Notes: generated by a model from the sequence alone, not told the origin. 63,588 nt of DNA, filler included, from Bigelowiella natans CCMP2755 (GCA_000320545.1; 5 parts of 5 records of this genome joined end to end with filler, not necessarily neighbours in it); one strand, 5' to 3'; numbered from the whole stretch's first letter, positions 13,901-24,405 are shown. Numbers and translations: made by a program.

Positions 13901-14478
13901 CGGAAGCAAATCGAAGTAGAGTTTAATAGGAAAATTGAGGCAAAGATGAACCAAGAAATAGAAGCTAGGATTCGTAATAATAAAGAGTCAATGCGGAAGG
14001 AAGTAGAACTTAGAATCAGACAAGCTGTTATCAATGAAGTCCGCCGTGAAAATGAAATTAACATCAAAGAGTACCATGAGCATATGTCAGATTTGAAAGT
14101 TTTGAACAAAAGGTTTGACGAGTTGAAGTTTCCACTGAGATCGAGGCTGATTCATTGCCAGGACGAGGTACGTTTCGATATTATGTAATTGATATGTAAA
14201 TATCGTTCTCACGTAGTTTATGTGTAAAGGAGAATATAATTCACTCTATTAATACTGCTGTTGTATCTGCCAAAATGTCCGTTAAGGCTTCAAATCGGTA
14301 AAGTTTCATTCAGCATCCATATATATTGTCTAAAATTAATCCATAATGTGAAGTATTATTGTTACGTTTGCATTACAGAACAAATGGGTTAATCATTATC
14401 CTTATGGTCGTCATCGGTCTTTATCTAATGGTCCTTTTTGATTCAAATACGGTGGATGATTATACAGTGTTCACGTAG
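7922..14478 (+). CDS. Large multi-module rhodanese / dual-specificity-phosphatase-like (MKP/STYX-like pseudophosphatase) protein with coiled coil and C-terminal transmembrane helix; 5' end uncertain
   Basis: DSP-like starts YPSEIINDFIFVGS, YPLEILDGFLFFSD and IPTVVVPARLFLGS. Rhodanese motifs ILLWDTRPSTKYLQGHIKSG and FLVLDTRSLVLYSQKHIPRSI..LEGGFKAF. IRKQIEEE-type coiled-coil repeats. Last exon GLIIILMVVIGLYLMVLF..VFT*. Confidence 0.75.
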
Positions 14479-14579
14479 TGTGACGTAGCTGCTACTGAGG
14501 AACATGCGGTCCGTTCTGTCATTTGGTGTACACGTACAATTGTTTAAATCAAAAAATAGATGCTTGCATTTGTATATAC

Positions 14580-15100
14580 AGACGTCGCGTGGTATCTAGC
14601 TATGTTAGCATGCGCGGCGGGTTCATTTTAACAAGCGATTGATCATGAATACTAGAATGTATGCATTCACCATAGCATCACACTTGTACAGACGGCATCT
14701 ACATGTGTCTAGATGGACACGCGGGGTAACCTAGAACAGATCTAGAGCTAGACCTCTCTAGATTTACCTATGATATAGCTCTAGACCTCCATAGAGTTAG
14801 CTAGCTCTAGAGCTAGCTAGCTATAGCTAGATAGCTAGATGTCAGAAATGGATCTTGCTAGCTAGCTAGCTAGCTAGCCTGCACATTTAGAAATGCGCGA
14901 AAACGACAAGTATCATTGGCATGCAACATCCAGTCTGTCTAGCTGACTAGCTCTAGAGCTGCGCATGTAGATAGCCTGAATGCCTGGCCAAGCTAGCAAG
15001 CTTGCAAGCATAACAGATATGTGTAGCCATCTAGCTAGCTAGATCTAGACATGTTAGCCTAGCTAGCTAGCTAGCTAGTAGCATGAGGCGCGCTCCGACA
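14580..15100. repeat. CTAG/AGCT palindrome-rich intergenic island
   Basis: (CTAG)n arrays, e.g. 14858-14877 and 15060-15077, and ctagctctagagctag, between convergent genes. Confidence 0.8.
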
Positions 15101-15413
15101 CACCACAATGGATTCAGATCTTGAGATATGGCGATGCTATACGATGCAACAATCGAACGTTTAGACACATCTAATTAAACTAAAGACACATTCTCCTTGT
15201 TGAAGGTGGAGATAGCTCGTTATAGCACCATCGGATGCTGGTTTGTTGAGAATGAAGACAAGTATAGATACTGATCGTAATAAACACTTGAAGTGGAAGC
15301 TCTTACATTTCGTAACTGCCCGCTCAAAGCCAACAACTCGGTACGCGTAACATGCATACGACGTCGTGGTGTGCGGTGCACAGTTATCGTGCAGATCGCA
15401 ATAGCACTTTCCC

Positions 15414-18400
15414 TTATTTTCCACTGAAAGCTTCTTCTTTGAGCACGCCCACGAACGGCAAACAGCGGTAATGTCCTGTTTTGGCGTGGATAGGGTTGAC
15501 ATCTTGTTAAAACACTAATCTGCTTGCGTATCGAGATCTCTTACGTAAAAATTGAGGCCCGAATAAAATGAACACTTTAAGGATATATATGTATATAAAT
15601 AAATAAATAAATATATATATATATATACACACACATATTATGTGAATTGAAAATTAAACAGTGTTTGATGGTAAAAGATTTAAAGCAACATTTTGCCAAA
15701 TTAGTTTGGGAGTCTTTCAAACGCTTCGTTTGGTGTGCACTGATTTCCATATTCAAACTCGAGGTAGTTTCTTTGTTTTGGGCTTGTTCTGTGCTACCAT
15801 TACCTGCGAAATCCATGCCATAGCCTACGACAAATTCGTCTGGGCAGTCAAATCCGCAATAATCAACCTATGAAGGGGAGAGGCAAATATAGGATCGAAA
15901 GAGGCCTATCTTAGATATATACACACACGATAGAGAGAGGGGGGGTTGGGGGGGGGAGGGCACGTATGCGCCTAAAAGAAAGGCAGAGATTCTGGTGAAT
16001 ACCAATATCAGTTTCGCTGTGCGAATACTTGCTAATTTGGCATTGTCGCATGGCAAATGTCAACTATTCTTTCGTCGGCGTAGGCCTCGGTAAGAACCAC
16101 ATGTGCATGAAGCTGCGTATTATTCACTCGAAATCTGCGGCTGCTGCTGCTGCTGCAACAACCTTGAGATCGTTCACACGCCTTGCTTTCTTGCCTGACG
16201 TTCATCGATATATATAAAATATATATCAGTAAGCTCAAGGAATTCGTGATGGAGAACGGTTCCAAGATAATTCTTGGCGCAGAGCATAAACATCACACAT
16301 CAGCGTCCCATCTCACGGATGACTTCAATTCTTAAAACAAAACGCTGAGCTACATATCTTTCTTGCGGTGAGAATATATTCATTTTGTCGTACAACAGCC
16401 CCTCCTCTTCACGACTGTTTTAGCTGTTGTTTTAAGCTATTTTCGCTGTGAGGCGGTGGGGCAGGCAAGAGCGTTTGAAAGTTTGATTCAAGGTTGCTCG
16501 AGTATTACTGAGCAGACAGGCTATCTTGAAAGACGAGCACTTCTTATCCGTGAAGTATTTCGAGATGAACTTCAACGTCCGTCCTAGAGGTTTGATGGTG
16601 AGCACGATGGCAACGATGATGAGGAAGGGGATCAATACAATTTCCAGTGAGGCAAACAAAAGAACGCCTGGCCAGACAGCGAATGGCCGTCTGAGCATGC
16701 GGTCATTCAGCACGTTGCAAGCCAAAAATCGTAACAATGACATCATTCCCATAAGACCGTGTTTGCAAAAATGATTCTATTCACGGCACGCACGCCGCGA
16801 TTCACCGGGAAAAACACAAAAATCACAACTTTCCCCCTTTCCCCCTCACCGCTCCTGTTTCTACCAGTGTCGATTAAGTCCTCGGTGATAAGAATGTGTT
16901 GGTTGTTTGGATCTTTGCCTGAAAATCATATTCAAGAGAGGGGGCAGAGCAAAGAGGAGGGAAGGGAATAGAACGGGTGAAATTGAAGAATTGTATCGCT
17001 ATGTGACGGCAATAATTAAAGGGGAGTCAATCCTAAACACTATGTTCCAAGTTTCGGTGAAGAATACGGTGATGATTCTCGCCCTGTGGGGCCGCGAATC
17101 GCATTATCACAAGGCACAAATATATGAGTTGTGTGTGACCAGGACTCTTCAACCCTAATCTTCTCAAGGAATGGCTAATCTATGAAGCTTTCCACCAACA
17201 AATCCCATACAACATCAGCATCAGCTCCATCATCATCGGTTGATATCCAAGTGCCGCTGCTATTATTACTCAAGTCTTTCTTCATCTTCACATTGCCGGA
17301 GCTTGTAGTTCCGGATCCATAAGAAGACACCTTTGTCGGGAGGGTGGCGATCAGGAAGAGGAGGGGAGATACGGGAGAGAGAGAAAGAGAGTAGAGAGAG
17401 AGATAACCATAAGATTCGTACAGAGTTGTTCTCGCATTTTTTTGGGTACAAGAGAAGTGCCGTCGCTGCGTTATAGAATAATGCTATTTAACCTCTATGA
17501 AGTCTGGAAAGACAGCGGGAACGTTTTAACAAACATACGGGGGGCGGAAGGGGGAGGCGGGGGCAAATAGGAGGAAGAGAAGAACACACACCATATTGTC
17601 AATAGATGATTGGATTGAAATTATTGCATTGAATTGAACGTAATAAAGAATATGAATGTGGATTATTTGGTTAGGGCAGGAAGCAGTCTGGCTTGAGGCG
17701 CGCTTTGAGAGTTTGGGCAACACAAGATTCGCTGCCACGAGCGCAGCTACCATGTTTTATCAACAACATCATCATCATCGGTCTGAAAGGCATCGCCCAC
17801 CGATCTTGTAGGGGACTGTGAGGTATTTCAGGAGGTTCATCTGGAACATGATGCAGCCTGTCAAGAGACCAACAGCCAAGATCTGATCGTTCAAACAGAG
17901 TCGAATCAAGGACGATGTGGACAACGACGGACTGCAGAAAGAGCCACGCGGATATACGATCTTCAAACGCGTAGACACGACACGTTTGACGAACTTGCAG
18001 CCTTTTAGTTTTAGTGCTCCATTCCCCCGCGATGCAAGTGCATATTTCCCACCTCCTTGCCACGATAGTCATGAGATATCTCAGCTGCCATTTCCTTCAG
18101 CCTGACCAGAACGTGAATATTTTCATTGTTTCTCTCAGGCATCGTCGCTATAAATAACTGGGAGAAAAATGGCATCAACAGCGAACTTGCCTGGCCTCAA
18201 TTTTCTGCTGTGTGAAGAGGATTGTCTTGAGATTTCCTGCCCAAGCTGGCGGTAGAGTGTCAGCGACCTAGAATCATGCAAACAACACAACGACGTGTGT
18301 TGAATTCTAAGCTGGGGAATTTTAACTGGTAACGCAAGCGGGAGATGCGCTCCCTGACGTAGCTAAGAGTTACGACCTCCGCACAGCATTATGCCCAGTA

Positions 18401-18823
18401 CTATCATTACTGGTACAATGTCCATTTTATCACCCTCAACACCCATACTATGATCATTACTAGCATACTTCGATCTCCCCTGACCTGCTTGACTTCCTCC
18501 GCCGTGACGCCTTTCGAGGGACCATCGGACACTTTTCTCTCAACCGAGATCGGGCCATCGAGCTCCTTCGATTCTCCCTTTTTTGACCCCTCTTTTAGGC
18601 TGCAAACCATCAAAGTAACCAAGAAAGGGCATCAGCAACCAATTTTATCTTTTTAAGTCTTCTTCTATTCAAATAACATCGGGGGTTCAGGAAGTCGGGC
18701 ATGTTCTTGGAAATAACAACACCTTTTGAGTCCAGTGTTGAGAACTGAGCTCAAGGTCTCCAGCTGGTCGAGGAAGGCCTTGGGGACGCTGACAGTCGTT
18801 GAGGGGGGGGCTTGGGAGGCCAT
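15414..18823 (-). CDS. HPRT: Hypoxanthine-guanine phosphoribosyltransferase, multi-exon, with N-terminal extension
   Basis: Spliced LKTILFTQQKIEARLKEMAAEISHDYRGKE|ILAVGLLTGCIMF..|IDFIE|VSSYGSGTTSSGNVKMKKDL|..ITEDLIDTG|RTLKFISKYF..KIACLL|..DYCGFDCPDEFVVGYGMDFA|GHYRCLPFVGVLKEEAFSGK*. Contains the PRPP-binding EDxIDTG and the SSY loop. Confidence 0.9.
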
Positions 18824-19015
18824 GTTCAGATTTAAGTGTGCAGAAATTTGTCGCTCGAATCTCCATTAATGTCGGAATATCCTTGGTTCTCCCTCATATT
18901 GTCATGAAATAGACTGCGATTTCGGAATCGGGTTTTATTTTTTAAGGGCTGGAGCACATTTAAGTTTGGAATCCGAGATTGGCCGATTGGGTTCCGACGA
19001 TGCCTCAACTGAGGG

Positions 19016-19341
19016 TGTTGCGCGTAAGGTGTTCACAGGCCGAGGCGCTACGTGCACAAGTAGGCAGGGGGGGGGAAAGGCACGTTTGCTTCCTTTTGAA
19101 GAGTTGTGTTTATTTTTATTAAAGATTATATTTTTATTAAATCGTGCACTGCGTAATCATTCGCGAAGCTTTCGCGAATGCCGCCGCACGTGGGGCAGCA
19201 CACTTCCGGTGTGCTGCCATGAGTCCCGCCGGAACCCACGTGCCTATGCTGTATTAATATCTACGTTATCTATATTCTATATCCGCGACAACCCCTTTGT
19301 TGTCGCACGTGACTTGTGCCCGCGTAGTGGTACGCGCTACA
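19016..19341 (-). repeat. 3' LTR (326 bp)
   Basis: Direct repeat of 24406-24731. Termini TGTAGCGCGTA...TACGCGCAACA form an 11-bp imperfect inverted repeat. Confidence 0.97.
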
Positions 19342-19349
19342 CCTCCCCC
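19342..19349 (-). other. Polypurine tract
   Basis: GGGGGAGG immediately precedes the TG of the 3' LTR on the element's sense strand. Confidence 0.85.
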
Positions 19350-19392
19350 AAGTCACGTTGCTCCTTCCTTCCTTCCTTATTCCCTTAGACCT

Positions 19393-22300
19393 TCATCGCT
19401 TTCGGAACTTCACCAACCACCAGGTAATAGATTCCTCTCTAACCTTATCTCCTTTGTCGCTTACCCAGAACTCACCTTCGTCCTTAGGTTCGTGTCCATA
19501 CCAGCCCTCTGCATCAAGGTCCCCCAGGACCTTATACCAGTGCTCAAAGGGTAAGTCGGGAACAGCTAGGTAGAGTAGCTGATATTTTCCGTCCTTTATT
19601 TTCATAGCTACCCTCTCCATATTTCGTAATCCAGGGTAGCCTAGATAGACAATCTTCATGCGCCAATCGTCGTTCACCCTGACCTTATTGTTTCCATATT
19701 CCACATCGAACTTAGGTCGGGGTCCTAAACAAGGCATTGCTCGCTCCCACACAGTAGGGTTTACTTTAACATCCTCTAGGAGCTTCTCACCGATATCATA
19801 ATTCTTTAGGTGACTGATGTGGCGCAAGGTGACCCTGTTCCCATCATAGATGTAGTACTGCTTCCTCCCCTTCCTCTCGGTAACCTTTGCAACGCCACCC
19901 CAGAAGGGGTCTTGTTTATTTCTCGATCTCAGATTTACCTTGGCCCTAACATACTGTCCTTCCTTTAGAACTCGGCCATCGTACGGGACCTTCTCGTCTT
20001 CGCTCTCGGTATCGTCGTCGTTGTCGTCGCCTTCTTCCCTCTCCTTATCCTTGATACCTCCCCCAGACGTGAAGGTGTCGTTTACTAACCCTTGTATCTT
20101 GTCTGGTGTGGTGCTATTTATCCTGCTTAGGTTGGCCAAGGTGCGGTGGAGTCGCTCTACCTTGGAGTTGGACTGGGCATAGTATACAGGTGAGGCATCA
20201 ATATTAGGGTGTGGTAGCTGTAGAAGAGAGGTCTCATTATCCACATGTAACTTCTTTGGTATCTTGTTTATGCTAACTTCATCAGGGATAGCCTGGAGCT
20301 CAGACTCCCAGGTACGGTAGCAGTTAGTAAGCCTCTGCTTATATAAGCCTTTGTTCTTCTTAGCAACGTTGACCTTGATAATCTTTTTAACCCAGCACTT
20401 TCCAGTGGCCACATCAACGAAGGTAAGGTAGTGATAGCCATCGTACTTATAAACATCAATTTGCACGATATCTAAGAAGTTCCTTGCTTTGATTTTCTTA
20501 GATGCACGGCTCTTGCTGGACTCCTTGGTGGCGACGCCTGCCGCCTTCAAGCTGGAGCACCTGCAGCCACGCAGGTATGTCCTTATCTCTTTTAGCTTGT
20601 AGGGCCAGTAGTAATGGTAGAGTAGAGCAGTGATATGGTTTTCTCCTACGTGTGCAGGTCCATGGGCGGTAAAGAGAAGGGCTCCCCTGGTCCGCCGTGG
20701 CACGTAGGTACGCCTAACATTATTAGTGTATACATATATCCTATCACTAAGTACCTCATGCTTGTGTTTGTATTTATCCAGGTGTTCTTGAAGGTGCTGG
20801 AGCTCCTCTGGCTCAGGCAGGAAGTCGCCGTCCTCGAAGGTAATCGCGTTAACCATAGGGGTGACCTGGGTAGGGACTTTCTTTTCGAACAGCCTGCTGA
20901 AATAGTCAGCAAGCTGCTTGTCTCCTGGTGCGTAGACCACTGTCCTCTTGTCCCTAAACTCTTCCGTGTCCGCCCTCATAGCTGCATACTCATCGTTAGG
21001 CGCTTCGAGCTTGCGGTCGATGCCTAGGAGGGGCTTGTGGTCAGTCATTAAGGTGAAGCTGGGCACCGACAGCAGGTAGTATCTTAGTTTCCTCTGCGCC
21101 TCAGTCATGGCTTTATACTCTCCTTTTGTAGGGCTGTACTTGGCCTCAGCTGCTGTGCAGGCCCTGCCCCACACCCGTATGATCTGCTGGTCTTGGGTAA
21201 GTACAGCAGCCATACCTAGCTTAGACCAGTCTGTCCATAGGGTAGCTGGTCTAGTAGTGTCTAGCTTAGCATTCAATAGGGTGTTGCTGCATAACTTTAT
21301 TAGGTTATCGAAGTGGGCATCAAGGCCAGCCTTGGCCCACACCTTAGCGAAGCTGAGGCCTACAGAGTTCTCCTTCCGGTAAGCAGTAGTAAAAGCAGCT
21401 GCAGTCCTAGCGTAGGTAGGGGAGAACCTACGTAGTATCCAAGCTGCAGTCTGCAAGAATGACTTTAACTCCTTTGCATTCTTAGGTTTAGGGGCTTGCT
21501 GTAGTGCTGCTACTTTCTCGGGGTTTGGGGTGATGCGGCCTTGCTCCAGGTAATATCCACACCACTTGATTCTTGTAGCTAGGAATGTACACTTCTGCAG
21601 TCTAATAGTAAAACCGAAGTGTGCAAACCTAATAAATATATTTTCCAGGAGGAAGATCTGAGCGACGACTGTGTTGGTACATATTATGTCATCATCCACA
21701 TACACAAACACAAACACCCACAACACAGACGCCATCCCATCATGTGTGTATGCCCTGTAGTTCTGACTACTGAACGCATCCCCTGATATGCTTAGGCCGT
21801 AAGGGAATACGACGAAGTGCCACTTCCTGTGCCTGCTGGAGAACGCGGTAATGGGGCGGGAGGTTTTGTGGATGGGTGTCTGCATGTATGATTCATTTTT
21901 ATCTAGGGAAGAGTAGTATTTGTATCCTATGACGTGTTCAATAACGTCATCTATCCTTGGTGTAGGTGTCTGGATCCTCTTTATTACTCGGTTGTGGCGG
22001 ATGAAGTTGTGCGCCAGGCGGAAGAAAGGGTAAGTAGGTTTCTTAGCTAGCACATGTCTCACGTTCCATGGTGAGTTGCTTGGCTCTATCTTCCCTTCCT
22101 TTGCCCATTCATTGATCTGCCACTCTATCTTTTCCCAGTCCGCTTCCGGTCGCCTATGTTCTGGGTCATTGATGATGCACTCTTCGTATCCCTTCTTTAG
22201 CTCGATCTTTACTGGGGTAAGCTTGCTGGAGGGCTTCGTCGTCGGCTTGGTGATGTCAGAGTACTTCTCGTTTAATATTTTATTAATGTACTTTTTGCCT

Positions 22301-24366
22301 TTGTCGATATCCCAATCATCAGCTGGGGGGGTCTTGTCCAGTAGCTCCGTTATCTGTCGGATGGTCTTGCCGGGGTTCTTCTTCCGTAGCTCGGTAGGTG
22401 TAGGTAGCTTGTTGTCCGCTAGGTCCATAAACTCTAACGCATTAACGCTTGACTCAGAGGTCCACTCGTCAAGCCGTATCATGTTCTGGCTGATGGTCCT
22501 GCCTGACTTCTTTGGCAACTTAGCAAAGTATATCTTGTGATTGTAGAATGATATGATCCCCCCTAATTTTTCTAGGGCATCCTGTCCGAGGAGTAGTTCC
22601 ATGGATAAAGTCATGGCTACTCGGGTCTTGATTTGGGTCTCCGCGTCGCTGCCAGGTATCTGTAGCTTTAGCATTAGCTCACCGACGGTCTTCATGGAAG
22701 AGCTTCCGTCTGCTTGAGCATATTTACGTTCTTTCTTAGTCACTTGATCCAATAGTCCTAACCTTCTTACTGTGCTTAGGCTTATGAAGGACTTCGGCAT
22801 GCTGCCACTATCCCAAAGGGCAGGTAGTTTCTTGTAGTCTCCGTAGCTGTCTTTAACTTTAACCTTGGTCATAGCAACTTTGATAGTCCTGTTAGCGTCT
22901 TCGTCATTAATGTTGCATACTCCTAAGTTCTTTATGTCGTCTAGGGTCATGGGCTTGTCTTGGTCCTGCGTTGCTGGTACTGCTGTCTTCGTCGGCGCCT
23001 GCTTAAGGTGATCTAATATTCCGTTTATCTGCTGCTGTATAGCATTGATACTGTTCTGCTTTTTGTTCTTATATTTATTGTTCTTCCCGTTGTTGCTGCC
23101 TTGCCATTTGCTGTTGTTATATCCTTGTCCTCTGCCTTTCTTTCTCTTTAACTTCTCGTAGTGTTCGTTGAGCTGCCTGATCGTCATCCTGGGTCGTCCT
23201 TCTTTCCTGTCTCTGCAGTCTTTAGCGGTGTGTTTCCCTTTACGTGAGCAGTATCCGCAACGTCGGTTACCTTCCCTGTCCTTGTACCAGTCTCGCTGCG
23301 GCTTAATAGCGTTAATGTTTCCTATGCCAGGTACCTTAGGGCTGGTAAACTTGCGGTCCTGCTCCTGCTCGCGTAGGGATATAGCCTGCACTGCTGCCTC
23401 CATCGTGGTGTAGCCTTTCTCCGTAACGTAAGTGGATTCCTTTATCTTTAACTTGAACTCTTCAAACCTTGCCTGATCATCACCTGTGTTGTAATTAAAA
23501 TCATGTAGTTCGTCGATCATATCCTGGAAGCGCGTGGCAAAGTCTCTAACAGGTTCTCTCTCATGCTGCATCATTGCTCTGTATTTTCTAATAGCCTGGG
23601 GTAGGGAGTTAGCATCCTGTTCATTTACAAAAGCCTTCATTATCGCCTCAACGTCTCGTAGCCCACTAACTGTAGTGTGTATTTTCTCTAGCTGCCTGAT
23701 CCGGGTCCTGCCTGTCTCGTAAAGGTCCATGGCTTGCTTTATTATAGCTAGCCATTTGAGCTTGTCGTTTTCGGTGGGGTTAGGGGTAAAGTCGCAGAGT
23801 ATACTCCTAGCGTTCTTCCACCACCTCCTTGCCTCACCTCTTTTCCCGTTGTATTTCGTTATCATAACCGGTGCTGTTTTAACAGACATGAACTGGGTGT
23901 TCCGCTGTACCGGCTGCTGCTGCTTGACGGTGCTCTGGGTCGTCCCCCGCGAGGCGCCCAGACCCCCGTCGTTCCTAAACAAAGCTGCCCACTCTGGAGG
24001 TAAGTCTGCTTCGTAATCCATGATGTCCTGCATGATAGCTGCCCAAACATCATGTGTCTGATACTTGTATTCTATCGATACTTTCAGTTTGGCGTAGTTG
24101 CTCGCCCTGGGTCGCAAGGCTCGTAATGCCATTACGACCTTCTTGCTTTCGGCGGCCACGTCCTCGTCGTCCGCCTCGTAGAAGTTCTCCAGTGCCTCTG
24201 CTGCTGCATCTGCTTTCTTAATCCCGGGTGCTGGTCCCGGCGGTGCCTGTGGAGGTGTTCCTCCTCCTTCCTTAGCGTCCGTATCGCCCTTCCTTTCCTG
24301 TTTCTGCTCGTGCCCTTGCACGGCCTGCGAGCCAAAGTCCTGCTGTTCTTCTAGCTGCTGTGACAT
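19393..24366 (-). CDS. Gag-Pol polyprotein (1657 aa): Gag with zinc knuckle, aspartic protease, RT, RNase H, integrase, SH3/GPY-F-like domain and an extra C-terminal Dam-like domain
   Basis: CGYCSRKGKHTAKDC; ALWDSGS; SSLDKNESYMQ..FPYGL..YVDD; WTDWS..TDHKPL; HGPAH..CRC, VQID..VDNE..SNSKVER; DPFWGG..RHISHLK. Confidence 0.95.
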   Translation of the reverse strand: MSQQLEEQQDFGSQAVQGHEQKQERKGDTDAKEGGGTPPQAPPGPAPGIKKADAAAEALENFYEADDEDVAAESKKVVMALRALRPRASNYAKLKVSIEYKYQTHDVWAAIMQDIMDYEADLPPEWAALFRNDGGLGASRGTTQSTVKQQQPVQRNTQFMSVKTAPVMITKYNGKRGEARRWWKNARSILCDFTPNPTENDKLKWLAIIKQAMDLYETGRTRIRQLEKIHTTVSGLRDVEAIMKAFVNEQDANSLPQAIRKYRAMMQHEREPVRDFATRFQDMIDELHDFNYNTGDDQARFEEFKLKIKESTYVTEKGYTTMEAAVQAISLREQEQDRKFTSPKVPGIGNINAIKPQRDWYKDREGNRRCGYCSRKGKHTAKDCRDRKEGRPRMTIRQLNEHYEKLKRKKGRGQGYNNSKWQGSNNGKNNKYKNKKQNSINAIQQQINGILDHLKQAPTKTAVPATQDQDKPMTLDDIKNLGVCNINDEDANRTIKVAMTKVKVKDSYGDYKKLPALWDSGSMPKSFISLSTVRRLGLLDQVTKKERKYAQADGSSSMKTVGELMLKLQIPGSDAETQIKTRVAMTLSMELLLGQDALEKLGGIISFYNHKIYFAKLPKKSGRTISQNMIRLDEWTSESSVNALEFMDLADNKLPTPTELRKKNPGKTIRQITELLDKTPPADDWDIDKGKKYINKILNEKYSDITKPTTKPSSKLTPVKIELKKGYEECIINDPEHRRPEADWEKIEWQINEWAKEGKIEPSNSPWNVRHVLAKKPTYPFFRLAHNFIRHNRVIKRIQTPTPRIDDVIEHVIGYKYYSSLDKNESYMQTPIHKTSRPITAFSSRHRKWHFVVFPYGLSISGDAFSSQNYRAYTHDGMASVLWVFVFVYVDDDIICTNTVVAQIFLLENIFIRFAHFGFTIRLQKCTFLATRIKWCGYYLEQGRITPNPEKVAALQQAPKPKNAKELKSFLQTAAWILRRFSPTYARTAAAFTTAYRKENSVGLSFAKVWAKAGLDAHFDNLIKLCSNTLLNAKLDTTRPATLWTDWSKLGMAAVLTQDQQIIRVWGRACTAAEAKYSPTKGEYKAMTEAQRKLRYYLLSVPSFTLMTDHKPLLGIDRKLEAPNDEYAAMRADTEEFRDKRTVVYAPGDKQLADYFSRLFEKKVPTQVTPMVNAITFEDGDFLPEPEELQHLQEHLDKYKHKHEVLSDRIYVYTNNVRRTYVPRRTRGALLFTAHGPAHVGENHITALLYHYYWPYKLKEIRTYLRGCRCSSLKAAGVATKESSKSRASKKIKARNFLDIVQIDVYKYDGYHYLTFVDVATGKCWVKKIIKVNVAKKNKGLYKQRLTNCYRTWESELQAIPDEVSINKIPKKLHVDNETSLLQLPHPNIDASPVYYAQSNSKVERLHRTLANLSRINSTTPDKIQGLVNDTFTSGGGIKDKEREEGDDNDDDTESEDEKVPYDGRVLKEGQYVRAKVNLRSRNKQDPFWGGVAKVTERKGRKQYYIYDGNRVTLRHISHLKNYDIGEKLLEDVKVNPTVWERAMPCLGPRPKFDVEYGNNKVRVNDDWRMKIVYLGYPGLRNMERVAMKIKDGKYQLLYLAVPDLPFEHWYKVLGDLDAEGWYGHEPKDEGEFWVSDKGDKVREESITWWLVKFRKR

Positions 24367-24382
24367 TGTTAGTCAAATCGTT

Positions 24383-24400
24383 TCCCGTGTGTGGAAGCCA
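24383..24400 (-). other. Primer-binding site
   Basis: TGGCTTCCACACACGGGA, 5 nt inside the 5' LTR, is complementary to a tRNA 3' end ..UCCCGUGUGUGGAAG-CCA. The tRNA identity is not established. Confidence 0.75.
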
Positions 24401-24405
24401 AAGGT

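Noticed and set aside
13480-14109. 209-aa and 108-aa minus-strand ORFs
   Set aside because: Antisense shadows of the repetitive coiled-coil exon on the plus strand.
19212-19240. Hammerhead-like string CTGCCATGAGTCC..GGAAC in the LTR
   Set aside because: Lacks the invariant CUGANGA and GAAA core, so it is not called a hammerhead ribozyme.
18966-19388. Plus-strand ORFs spanning the LTRs (also 24389-24856)
   Set aside because: Non-ATG, antisense to the element, crossing LTR boundaries, with no domain signal.
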